Source of the DNA: Octopus bimaculoides
Lineage: Eukaryota
Direction: 5' to 3'
DNA: 34,867 bases
Assembly: GCF_001194135.2 (NCBI RefSeq)
Contig: NC_068986.1
Location: forward strand, 14,213,888-14,248,754
This document shows, in pieces, positions 23,661 through 34,867 of this stretch. A model generated the notes under the pieces. That model saw only the letters and a program-made list of their open reading frames with translations. It was not told where the DNA came from and did not search any database. The translations under genes and the position numbers were made by a program. Positions within the stretch are counted from its first letter, which is position 1; each line of letters opens with the position of its first letter.

Positions 23661-24031
23661 TATTCTCCGTATAAAATACACTTCATAGTGATCAAGATTT
23701 TTAAACTTGCGCAGGTAGAGGAGTAAATGTAAGGAGAAGCAAGGTAAGAAAGTCGATATACAAAGAATATTAAATACATTAAAAATTAAACAAAGGACAT
23801 ATGTTTACACAAAATTAAGGTTCGACTTACACAGAATAGAAATGATATCGAAAATGAAAGCGGGCGAAGAAGAGTATTACAAATCCAACTGCTATTTCTG
23901 GGGGCTCGGTGGTCCAAAATAATGATTGTAAGTTGATTCCAATGTCGGATTACACAAGCCTCCTTCTTCAGGGAAGAAATCTTAATTTTGAGGTGTTGAT
24001 AGAAACAAAATAAGAGATGTATGGATGTATT

Positions 24032-24266
24032 CTTTCTTTTATTCTTTTACTTGCTTCAGTCGTTTGACTACGGCCATGCTGGGGCACCGCCTTTAGTCGA
24101 GCAAATTAACTCCCAGGTCTTATTCTTTGTAAGCCCAGTGATTATTCTGTCGGGCCCTTTTGCCGAACCGCTAAGGTACGGGGACGTAAACACACCAGCA
24201 TCGGTTGTCAAGCGATGTTGGGCTACAAATAGACACACACATACACACACACATGCATATATATAT

Positions 24267-24363
<97 letters not shown>

Positions 24364-24512
24364 TACAACGGGCTTCTTTCCTTCTACCAAATCCACTCAC
24401 AAGGCTTTGGTCGGCCCGAGGCTATAGTAGAAGACAGTTGCTCGAGGTGCCACGCAGTGGGACTGAACTTAGAACCGTGTGGTTGCTAAGCAGTCTACTT
24501 ACCACCACACAG
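24032..24512 (-). mobile_element. SINE family A, near full length, internal (CA)/(TA) expansion
   Basis: Reverse complement of the A head and tail. Confidence 0.92.
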
Positions 24513-24796
24513 CTACAACTCCATTGTCCTGTATTGTATTGTGACGAGCTTTTGCTAGAAAACAAAAAAAAGTTTTTGTTTTTTTTGTAGTTGACCAAAA
24601 AAGTTCACCCATGACTAAACGTTCAAATTTGTATACTCGTTACATTTGGGTGGATCTCCAAAAACTAGAACCCCAATTGAATAATAAACAAAATAAGTGG
24701 GGAAAAATCCAAACCGTTCAATCTATAACTGTTAAAAGAACTGTATTCTGCATTCCAGAACAATGAAAAGAAGGTTAAGTCATATAAAGTCAAATG

Positions 24797-24996
24797 TATG
24801 CTTGTATGTGTCCCCCCCCCAACATCGCTTGACATCGATGCTGGTGTGTTTACGTCAACGTAACTTAGCGGTTCAGCATGAGAGACCGATATAATAAGTA
24901 CTAGGCTTACACAAATTAAGTCCTGGGGTCGATTTGCTCGACTAAGGGCAGTGCTCCAGCATGACCGCAGTCAAAATGACTGAAACGAATAAAAGG
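24797..24996 (+). mobile_element. SINE family A, 3' half
   Basis: AACATCGCTTGACATCGATGCTGGTGTGTTTACG...GTCAAAATGACTGAAACG. Confidence 0.9.
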
Positions 24997-25877
24997 AAAA
25001 AAAGAAAAGCTATGTATACACACACACACACACATTTATGCACGTATATACATGTAAGGACATACGTGCATAAGCCAAAACTTCGAGGTCACTGTCAAAC
25101 CACTCATAAATGATTAATAAACATGTACTCTACTAAAATTTATTGAGCATTTCTTCAACTCCACGTTAGATTGTTTGTATATCTATATAAATAGCATGAT
25201 AAAGAAACAATCACACGCATACACCCAAAGAACCACGCATCCACACATACATATGCACACACAAATACACACACACGTGCGTGTGCGTATGAATGTCTTT
25301 TTGCATGTGTTTGTGTGCGCGTGTGCGTCTGTGCGTGTGTGTTTTCCTTAGAATTAGTGTCATAAGGAAATGAAAACGTCTCTGAACGGATGAACAAAGT
25401 AAAACTAGCTTAACAGAAATAATTGTTATAAAAATCAATTAAGCCGCAGTAAAATAGGGCAGTTTTGTCGAAGAATGCATAGAATTATTGTTTCACAACA
25501 GAAAATAATGTCAACAGAAGACAGTATTATGAAATTAACGAACAGATATTTTGTCAATCTTCACAAAGGATAATAAAAAACCATAAGAAAACACAAACTA
25601 ATCGAAAAATCTTGTTTATCGTTCTATCATGTTTTTGGTGCGTTCTTGTTAAAACATTTTCTTTTCTATATTTCTTTATTGGGGGTAATTGTTAAGTGTA
25701 AAAGACCTGGGAAGGGCACACTCGTAAAAATGTCTATTCTTAAGATAATAAAATAATAAACTAAAAAAATAAAAAAACAATAACTTATTGTATGAAGACA
25801 ATACACACAAACATATGTCTGTGTGTCAGTATGTATGTATATATATATGTGTGTATGTATATATATATATATATATA

Positions 25878-26311
25878 NNNNNNNNNNNNNNNNNNNNNNN
25901 NNNNNNNNNNNNNNNNNNNNNNNNNNNNNNNNNNNNNNNNNNNNNNNNNNNNNNNNNNNNNNNNNNNNNNNNNNNNNNNNNNNNNNNNNNNNNNNNNNNN
26001 NNNNNNNNNNNNNNNNNNNNNNNNNNNNNNNNNNNNNNNNNNNNNNNNNNNNNNNNNNNNNNNNNNNNNNNNNNNNNNNNNNNNNNNNNNNNNNNNNNNN
26101 NNNNNNNNNNNNNNNNNNNNNNNNNNNNNNNNNNNNNNNNNNNNNNNNNNNNNNNNNNNNNNNNNNNNNNNNNNNNNNNNNNNNNNNNNNNNNNNNNNNN
26201 NNNNNNNNNNNNNNNNNNNNNNNNNNNNNNNNNNNNNNNNNNNNNNNNNNNNNNNNNNNNNNNNNNNNNNNNNNNNNNNNNNNNNNNNNNNNNNNNNNNN
26301 NNNNNNNNNNN
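25878..26311. other. Assembly gap
   Basis: N run flanked by (TA)n. Confidence 1.
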
Positions 26312-27403
26312 NTATATATGTATGTATATATATTTGTGTGTGTGTATACACACACACACATACACATACACTCAGATATATGTCTATCGCCAATAAAATG
26401 CAAATAAATGAAGGTGTTAACAGTGTGAATTCAATAAAATTTCGGAATCTTTCTCCAGACTCTGGAGACGAGGAATTTAATTAAGCAAAGTAGTGTATTA
26501 GAATTAGTGAAATAAAATCTTAGAAGTGAAGAACTGCATGATAGAAATTTAGTAAATAAAACTAGTTGAGATATTGTACAAATTCTTTCATATGATTTAA
26601 ACAAAATGTGTCGTAAAAAGTCCTTTCAAATTAGTTTCCTGTTAGTGACAACATGATTGTATGAATTTTTAGACGTATTTATTCCAGTTTGAATACATGA
26701 ATGCATGTGCCTGCACATGCATTCATGCCTACATGTATTGAACCATGCATATACATATCTACATGCATGTAGATACACATGTATGTACGGATAAATATAT
26801 TTGTTTTAATATGCATTCCGATACGGTAACTGCTCAAACGAGAGGTAATCTGCTAGCTACTCGTCGGGCCATGTATATACGCTGGTCTGCCTTTGCGTCT
26901 GCGCTTCTAAATTAGTAGTTTTGTATAAATTCCAAAAGTCGCGACTTCCAAGCCTCTGTAAACCAATGAAGAAACCGATGTTGGAGTGTTTAGACTATGC
27001 CAAAAACGCAAATTAACGTAATGCGTGCTTTCGACCAGCCCTCTATTCCATAAAAACTCATAGAATCGGTTTTGTTTGTGTACACAAACGCAATATCCTA
27101 TATGATACTTACTAGCCATAATCCAGAACCACAGGTTTGTCCAACCCTACCTGGTGCATATCTGTTCAAGTACCTGATTCTATCTGAATCCTTCTTTTAC
27201 TATATATATATATGCACACACACACGCATATATAACAGAAACAATAAAGATAGAAATGGAATATAGACATTCCAGGTTTCGTTTCTATTATACTCGATGT
27301 ACGTGGATGATGTCAGGTAGCCATAGACAGTGAACGTGATTTATCTCGGCACACTACTAAGGGCATAACCAACACGTGAATTTTAAATCATATATATATA
27401 TAT

Positions 27404-27665
27404 NNNNNNNNNNNNNNNNNNNNNNNNNNNNNNNNNNNNNNNNNNNNNNNNNNNNNNNNNNNNNNNNNNNNNNNNNNNNNNNNNNNNNNNNNNNNNNNNN
27501 NNNNNNNNNNNNNNNNNNNNNNNNNNNNNNNNNNNNNNNNNNNNNNNNNNNNNNNNNNNNNNNNNNNNNNNNNNNNNNNNNNNNNNNNNNNNNNNNNNNN
27601 NNNNNNNNNNNNNNNNNNNNNNNNNNNNNNNNNNNNNNNNNNNNNNNNNNNNNNNNNNNNNNNNN
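27404..27665. other. Assembly gap
   Basis: N run flanked by (TA)n. Confidence 1.
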
Positions 27666-27763
27666 ATATAAATATGTATATATATATGTATGTATATATA
27701 TATATATTATAAAAATATAATAATAATTAAGGGCGCTGGAGGGACAACGCCAACACGCCAATC

Positions 27764-27803
<40 letters not shown>

Positions 27804-27950
27804 ATGTGTTTGTTTGTGTGTGTTTTGTCTGTGTGTGCGAGTGATTTTGTGTGAGTATATGTGTGTGTGGATATATGTATATATATAAATATATATGTAT
27901 GCATATATATACATATATACATACACATGCACACTCATACACACAAAACT

Positions 27951-27991
<41 letters not shown>

Positions 27992-28072
27992 GCACATAAT
28001 ATACATGTAGGGATATATATATATGTATATATGTTTATATGTATGTACATGTATGCATATACTTTTATGCAC

Positions 28073-28266
28073 GTGTGTGATCGCGTCTTTGAGTTTGTCC
28101 CCCACTACCGCTTGACAACCGGTGTTGGTTTTTTTTGTGTCCCCATAATTTAGTGGCTCGGAGAAAAGAGACAGGACATGGTTTATTTGTTCGACTTGTC
28201 CAACTTCAACGCTGTGCCCCAGAATGGCAACGCTCGAATGACTAAAACAAGCAAAAACATAATAAG
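28073..28266 (+). mobile_element. SINE family A variant, 3' half
   Basis: TTTGTCCCCCACTACCGCTTGACAACCGGTGTTGG...GAATGACTAAAACAAGC; same variant type as 5430. Confidence 0.75.
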
Positions 28267-28806
28267 ATCATATCTGCCGGGTAATTGCAGTGATTACGTA
28301 AGAAATGAAGAAATTTATAAAATAAACTTTAGTTATATTGACGCTACATAAAACTTCAGCGAGTGAAGTGTTTACAACTTTGCATGCGAAAGTTGAATCT
28401 CATTTATTGAAATTTTCTTTTGCACTGCAGTTAATTTAATTGTTATGCGAGATACGAAATGATAAAACAGAGAAGATATTCCCTAAAGCCAATTCGTAAT
28501 CTTCATAACATGTCTTCATGTGTATCTGATATGTTTGTATTGTAATCGTAACAATGATGGAATTATACAATATTGTGTAGCAAATAGTTTTAATATTGTG
28601 ACTCGATATCAAGATGGTGGATTTAGTAGCAGTAGAGAAGTTAACAAAATGTCTTTTAGTTTGAAGGTTATTATATTTGCGCATCACGTTCAAATCGTGG
28701 TACGTTGATTTTTGGATTTTCAGTGGCGAAAAGTAACGACAGGTCAAGTACAGAGGCTAAAATATTTTCTTTCATAGCAGGTAAATATTTCAATTATGTA
28801 TCTGAA

Positions 28807-29190
28807 TATGCTAAAATAATCCTTTCTTCTATAGGCACAAAGCCTGGAATTTTGAGGGAGAGGTTAGTGAATAACATGGATGAAAAAACAAAACTTGTAT
28901 ACTAATTAACATTTAATACGTGGGTTTGAGAAGCAGAAAATTCTGGAAAGCACATAGATAAAACTCCTTTCATCAAGATTTTGTTAGCTTGTTTTTTCAA
29001 AGTATCTTATGCTAAAATAATCCATTCTTCTATAGGCACAAGCCCTGAAATTTGAGGGAGAGGCTAGTTAATGACATGGATCTCAGGACTCAACTCGAAA
29101 GGGATGAAAAGCAAAATCCCCGGAGGAAATTGAATTTAAAAAGTAAAGTCTGTCCAGCGTGCTAACAATTTAGCTAGCTGCCATCTTAAA
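28807..29190 (-). mobile_element. Degenerate SINE D with locally duplicated 3' end
   Basis: ATAATCC.TTCTTCTATAGGCACAA..CCTG.AATTT occurs twice, 201 bp apart; the second copy continues into a D-like head. Confidence 0.6.
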
Positions 29191-31607
29191 ACATAGCCGG
29201 CGAAGAGGATATATAAATTAAAATAAGGTTACTAAATCATATTGTAATGCAACAGCTATCACTGAAAATATCTACGTTACTGTTTATATGAAAATAAAGG
29301 CAAAATCTGTTTTCACATAACAACATAACAAATGTTTTCATGTAACAGTTTTAATGTACAAATAGTGTATGTTTTCACAAGGTAAGTTTTGTACTTTTTG
29401 TACAAGAAAAAGTTCACGTATTAGCAAAATTTTCGTTTAGAATATAATTAACTTACATATTAGTGATTATTGTAGCAAAATTAGTTTTTGTCGGAGAATA
29501 ATAATCAGATTTTATTCAGCGATTTCACTGCGTTTCAGCTTAAGAAAGTTTAAAGTATGGTCTTCCATTCGTATTTAGACCACTTTCAGGTTTCTCCAAT
29601 GTATTCTGCCCAAATGGCACCTGGCGGGGGGATGAGGGTTAACCCATTGATAGACTTGCATCCACAATGAAGGAGGCGTGTTATACTAGCAGCCGAAACG
29701 CCTTGAAACTACAGATTAAGTGTGACAACATTCGGTTGTAGGGTCGAGGAAGACACAGCATGCTTTTGATACAACGCCAGCGTAATTCGAGCAGAAGAAT
29801 CAAACCCAATGTTCCTTATTTCAAATCCTGGTACGATCCTCAGGCAAACGCATGAAAATACTCGTTCTCCTGGTAAACTTAGTAATTTATTTTCCTCTAA
29901 CTTTTTCTTTTACAAACTGAATTTAAATCACGCTGTATCTGAATTGATCTGTCAGCAGTTCATATTTAAAGAGGTATCTTTAATATTAGTGCGATTAATG
30001 AAAAAAGAAAGCAAAAAACTAAAACAAACAGAAAAACAAACGCTTGTGATAGGATGAGATCATCCAAATTTTGGAGTGTAGAAATCAACCGATCTTATAT
30101 GATTTGCATGCAGTAAATCACATGTACAGTTTAGAGAAATAGATTTTCAAGTATCGAAAGAATCTCAAATAATCAGCGCAATTGAGATATTCAGGGAGTT
30201 TAGACGGACTGAGGCATATCTGTATTGCTACGCATGTAATTACAGATCAAATGAAGTGACATAGCTATAAAATTCTGACTTGTGTATTTATTCGTAATAC
30301 ATTCCAGCATCTTCGAATATATTTCACTAATGAATCGAGTATCTTATGAACATACATTAGTTATAAAAAAGTTGTTCTCCCGTGAAGAATCACAGCATGG
30401 AATCAGCCGGAATATAAGAAGAAATATACAAGACAGCATTTCGATTCTTACTATTCATTGCCGGTTTATGTCAACAACAAAATAAAATTAAAAATTCAAC
30501 TTGCTAACGTTTCGGTGTAGGTTTACTACAACGCACGTCAGAAATTATGGTATAACACAGAACGTAGGATTTTCAGAATTAGTGGAAGAGCGGAGAAGAT
30601 ATATCACCTTATTTCAAATCCCATATTTTCGTTTCTTCATTCTAATGTATGTAAGATGATCTATATACTGGACTCTACGTTGCTGTTTTTGGCATCGACC
30701 TTCTATTAGATATCGAAGTTATGATCGTAGACTCTTTTAACAAAATACTTTTTTTTAATGTCGAGTGCAAATGGAAAATTATAGGAGGCGATGCTTGAAT
30801 TAAGAAAAAAGCTGAAAAAAAATAAATGGATGCAAAACCAGCTACAAAAATTTCCTAGTTTAAAAAGAAAGTGAAGTGCGCGCACACACGCACACACACT
30901 TGTACAGACACACAAATATGCACATGCGTACAAAAGAAGAAAACTCATTCAACATTTTTTTCTTTTCAAAAGACTGAACAACATAATACAAATTCTTTTG
31001 CTGACATTTTCCAAAATTTTCCTCTTCGTTTCATCATGCTTTCAGAAACATGAAAACACGCAGATGGATGAGTTACTCTCAAACATGATTCCGATTTTTA
31101 AAATTCCAATTTTTATGCGTTATGACAAAAAAATAAAAAAATGTGCTTGATAGTACCCCCAACTATAAATATATGAATAATAAAAATAAAAAAAACAGGA
31201 AAAAAAATGATCAAAAGACGAAGTAAATATTCTTTTCTTGCTATTAATTAACATTTCATTACCATTGCAGGTTTTTTGCTGGCTTCTGATAAATCGTATT
31301 CTATACATTTCAGAAATATTGTTGAAAAACTTGTGAAGTTTGTATCTGTCGCGTGTTTTCTTCATTTCATGAGAACATTGACAGCGGTCTCGATGTAGCA
31401 GCTTTTTAGCGAGATAAAAGCTCGGGTGTTCAAATCTTCTTGTCGGTCACTCACATCTGTGGCGAAATCTGGTTTAGACAAAAATGAGAAATTGTAATAT
31501 GCAATAATGTATTTTGATATCTTAGATCTGGTGGGTGAAGCGTAGGATCGGTAGATCGGGGTCGGGAGTGGGGGAGATGATTTGAATATTACCCACAGTG
31601 TCGAATT

Positions 31608-31895
31608 AAGGGTCCATGGTCTAGTTTATACGGGTGTGAAACTCACACACGCATGATCATGGGTTCGATTTTCAGACTTGGAGATGCATTGTGTTCTTGA
31701 ATAACACACTTCATTTCGCGTTAGCCCAGTCTACTCCGATGTAAATGAGCCACCATACAACGGACGGATGGCTTCCAGACCGGCTGGGGTGTATTTTCAT
31801 CTTGCTCAATTATACACCATGCAAACCTAAGGGTCCTAAGATTTGAAAGGGCAACGTCTAGGGGCTTATGATAATGATGATGATGATGATGATGA
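31608..31895 (+). mobile_element. SINE family B (tail type 4), diverged, ending in (GAT)n
   Basis: TGGTCTAG, GGTTCGATT and the core ATTGTGTTCTTGAATAACACACTTCATTTCGCGTT. Confidence 0.65.
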
Positions 31896-32204
31896 CAGGA
31901 CCGGACCAAAGCTAGGGAGCCACTGCTTGCTTAATCTGCTACAATTACAGCGAAGTTACATTCCAATCACATCCCAGTGTCTTACAAAGGAAGGAAAACA
32001 TACTGAATCGTGTAGACTAGATTCGCCATCGAGAAATGGGGGAAGACTGGACAACAGAACATAGCTGATGATGCTCATGCTTCATATCAAACTTGATGGG
32101 TAAGTGTTGATCTCCGATTAAACAAAGAGAACAACTTTGAATCTAGTATATATGGCTAAATTCAATATCTATATTCATTTAAACAATACAATAATTAGTC
32201 CAAA

Positions 32205-32585
32205 GTGAAGGCGCAATGGCCCAGTGGTTAGGGCAGCGGACTCTCTGTCATAGGATCGTGATTTCAATTCCCATACCGGGCGTTGTGAGTGTTCATTGAG
32301 CGAAAACACCTAAAGCTCCACGAGGATCCGGCAGGGGATGGTGGCGAACCCTGCTGTACTCTTCCACCACAACTTTCTCTCACTCTTACTTCCTGTTTCT
32401 GTTGTGCCTGTAATTCAAAGGGCCAGCCTTGTCACACTGTGTTACGCTGAATATCCCCGAGAACTACGTTAAGGGTACACGTGTCTGTGGAGTGCTCAGC
32501 CACTTGCACGTTAATTTCACGAGCAGGCTGTTCCGTTGTTCGGATCAACTGGAACCCTCGTCGTTGTAAGCGACGGAGTGCCAAC
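32205..32585 (+). mobile_element. tRNA(Arg-like)-derived SINE family C, full length, 12-bp TSD
   Basis: Head GGCGCAATGGCCCAGTGGTTAGGG; AATTAGTCCAAA at 32193-32204 and 32586-32597. Confidence 0.9.
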
Positions 32586-32609
32586 AATTAGTCCAAATTA
32601 TAAATTATA

Positions 32610-32610
32610 A

Positions 32611-32662
<52 letters not shown>

Positions 32663-32704
32663 GTATGTCTGGCTGTCTGTCTGTCTGTCTATCTCTCTAT
32701 CTCC

Positions 32705-32770
<66 letters not shown>
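32610..32770. repeat. (ATCT)n/(GTCT)n microsatellite
   Basis: Direct reading. Confidence 0.95.
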
Positions 32771-32970
32771 GAAGGACGTGCTGTCACATCGGCTGCAGAG
32801 GTAAACGTTTATTTGACCTTTTATTGTCCACATTTTGTTGGAATTTTTTAATATTTTTGTTGCGAAGCACCTAGGCTTCATTTCTGTGTATTTTCAAAGG
32901 CATGAATTGGCCCCCAGGGGCAGTTTCGGCCCTAGCAAAATACAAAAATTTCCTTCTCAACATTTGAAAA

Positions 32971-33156
32971 ATGTCGAGAAACATAATTTTGGAACGCTTG
33001 TCTTGTTCTTTTGATGAGCATTTCCCGAGGCTTCAGATGCCAGAAGAGAAAAAAGAACAGAGTCGCGCGTGCTCACACAGTGATAGGAACGCAGTTGCTG
33101 TAAACGTCACAACGACGGCGATTACAGCTACTAACAGCCCTCTCACCACCACCACC

Positions 33157-33190
<34 letters not shown>

Positions 33191-34312
33191 GCAACAACAA
33201 CAACAACAAAAACAACGACAACAGCAAGGACGCAAATTTATATGTCACGGATACTGTTAACAGCCCTGTCACCACCACCAACACCACCAACAAAAACAAA
33301 ACTGTAACCAAGGTTACAAAACCATGCGTAAAAACCGTCATAAATGTCTCTGACGTAAGCACCATTGCTGCTGACGCCATCATCACCATCACCACCAACA
33401 ACAACAACGACAACAACAACAACAACAACAACAACAAGGACGCAAATTTATCGGCCGTCAGCACCGACACCACCACCTGTTCAACAAACTCTGCTGCCAC
33501 TACCACCACCTTTGAACCGGGCAGTACCAACACCAACATAAACAAAAATGTTCCAAAGAACATGTCCGCCAGCACAACAAAAACAAATTTCGCAGATGCT
33601 ATAAAGGANNNNNNNNNNNNNNNNNNNNNNNNNNNNNNNNNNNNNNNNNNNNNNNNNNNNNNNNNNNNNNNNNNNNNNNNNNNNNNNNNNNNNNNNNNNN
33701 NNNNNNNNNNNNNNNNNNNNNNNNNNNNNNNNNNNNNNNNNNNNNNNNNNNNNNNNNNNNNNNNNNNNNNNNNNNNNNNNNNNNNNNNNNNNNNNNNNNN
33801 NNNNNNNNNNNNNNNNNNNNNNNNNNNNNNNNNNNNNNNNNNNNNNNNNNNNNNNNNNNNNNNNNNNNNNNNNNNNNNNNNNNNNNNNNNNNNNNNNNNN
33901 NNNNNNNNNNNNNNNNNNNNNNNNNNNNNNNNNNNNNNNNNNNNNNNNNNNNNNNNAAATTCCTCCAAACATTAGAATGGCAGAGGACCACAAGCTATAT
34001 GTGGTGGCAGAGGGCAGGCGACCTCGCTGTTACCTATGCAACAGCGAGGCACATCTGAAAAAGGACTGCCCTCTGGCCGCTAAACAAAAACAAAAACAAC
34101 AACAACAACAACAACAGAAGCAACTACAAAATACCCCCAACAGAAAAAGTTTACTACCAACACCACCAGCAAGACAAAAGACAACAACAGAAATATCAGC
34201 AATAACCACAACAGAAAAGACAACAGAAACTGCAAAAACAGAAGAGAAAAAAAAAAGAAAATTCCAAGACTACCTCTCCCTCCCCCATATCACATGCACC
34301 ACACACAAATAA
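32971..34312 (+). CDS. LINE ORF1 (gag-like) protein with CX2CX4HX4C zinc knuckle, interrupted by an assembly gap
   Basis: About 212 open codons end in TNFADAIK (cf. SYA.AV) before the gap. After the gap comes IPPNIRMAEDHKLYVVAEGRRPRCYLCNSEAHLKKDCP (knuckle at 34028-34069). The frame across the gap cannot be determined. A frameshifted continuation (EGWQIATKGKRKR) suggests decay at the C-terminus. Confidence 0.7.
33609..33956. other. Assembly gap within ORF1
   Basis: N run. Confidence 1.
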
Positions 34313-34867
34313 TAAGCAGCCAACACCAACAAAAACAGCAACACAAACACTCACAGAAACACACACAGACGCACAAAATTTGCCGTTACCTCTTTCTGAC
34401 TCCTCAGAACTCTCATTATCGGATGAAGAGAGTGGGAAGGGTGGCAAATAGCTACGAAAGGAAAGAGGAAGCGCAGTAAGAAGAAAACAAAACAAAATGC
34501 AAACACAAACAAAGCAGGGAGATTCACATGTCCCGAAAATACACCTAACACCAATAGTAATACGCAAAAAACAATGCTAACAGCAATAGACAGTACAAAC
34601 ACAGAGTTGATGAATTACATCAACTCTAAAACAAACATCACAAATAACGACATCAAAACAAACAACCACCCACACACAACACCGCCAAACACATTAAAAT
34701 TTACCATGTATCACCACCATTGCACCACAAAATAAAATCCCTCTACCCCAACTCGGTAGGGGGATGTCAAAAATATTTGTGCAAGAAATTGTACAATAGC
34801 CTCCTTGGTGAAAAATCCAAGGAGGAAACAACTTTCGAACGGTAAGTACCTTACTGTTCTTTTTGTT

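Larger units (their letters stand above)
32771..34867 (+). mobile_element. 5' part of an L1/Tx1-like LINE (putative 5'UTR plus ORF1 region)
   Basis: Gag-like ORF1 motifs and an A/C-rich sense strand. The 5' boundary is inferred; ORF2 is not seen in the window. Confidence 0.6.

Noticed and set aside
31534-31574. Potential G-quadruplex
   Set aside because: First loop exceeds 20 nt; weak and unremarkable.
32205-32280. tRNA gene (also heads at 2519, 11389, 18375)
   Set aside because: A/B boxes are present but no full cloverleaf; each continues into a SINE body.

Overview
Eukaryotic, AT-rich, microsatellite-saturated draft-assembly sequence with nine N-gaps (about 4.36 kb, ~12.5%). The repeat families resemble those I know from octopus genomes (inference; no database check). 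I cannot support any host protein-coding gene, true tRNA/rRNA gene or CRISPR array. Almost all listed ORFs are microsatellite or N-gap artefacts. The window is a layered transposon graveyard. It holds about 20 tRNA-derived SINE copies or fragments in four working families (A-D, my labels). It also holds a Gypsy-type 3' LTR with polypurine tract, and decayed, frameshifted remnants of a Gypsy pol, an RTE LINE, a Tc1/mariner transposase and a Dong/R4 LINE; none of these four remnants is evident as an intact ORF. At the right end lies the 5' part of an L1/Tx1-like LINE, whose gag-like ORF1 carries a CCHC knuckle and in-frame microsatellite-coded poly-N/T/Q tracts. Most interesting leads: (1) closely spaced inverted SINE pairs as candidate ADAR substrates; (2) one SINE head/core joined to four different 3' tails; (3) SINE A acting as a microsatellite nursery; (4) two LINEs abutting simple repeats, suggesting microsatellite targeting; (5) a degenerate hammerhead-like motif inside a segment bounded by a 15-bp direct repeat; (6) a hairpin masking the ORF1 start codon. 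No novel system is demonstrated; these are leads. Most boundaries are approximate.
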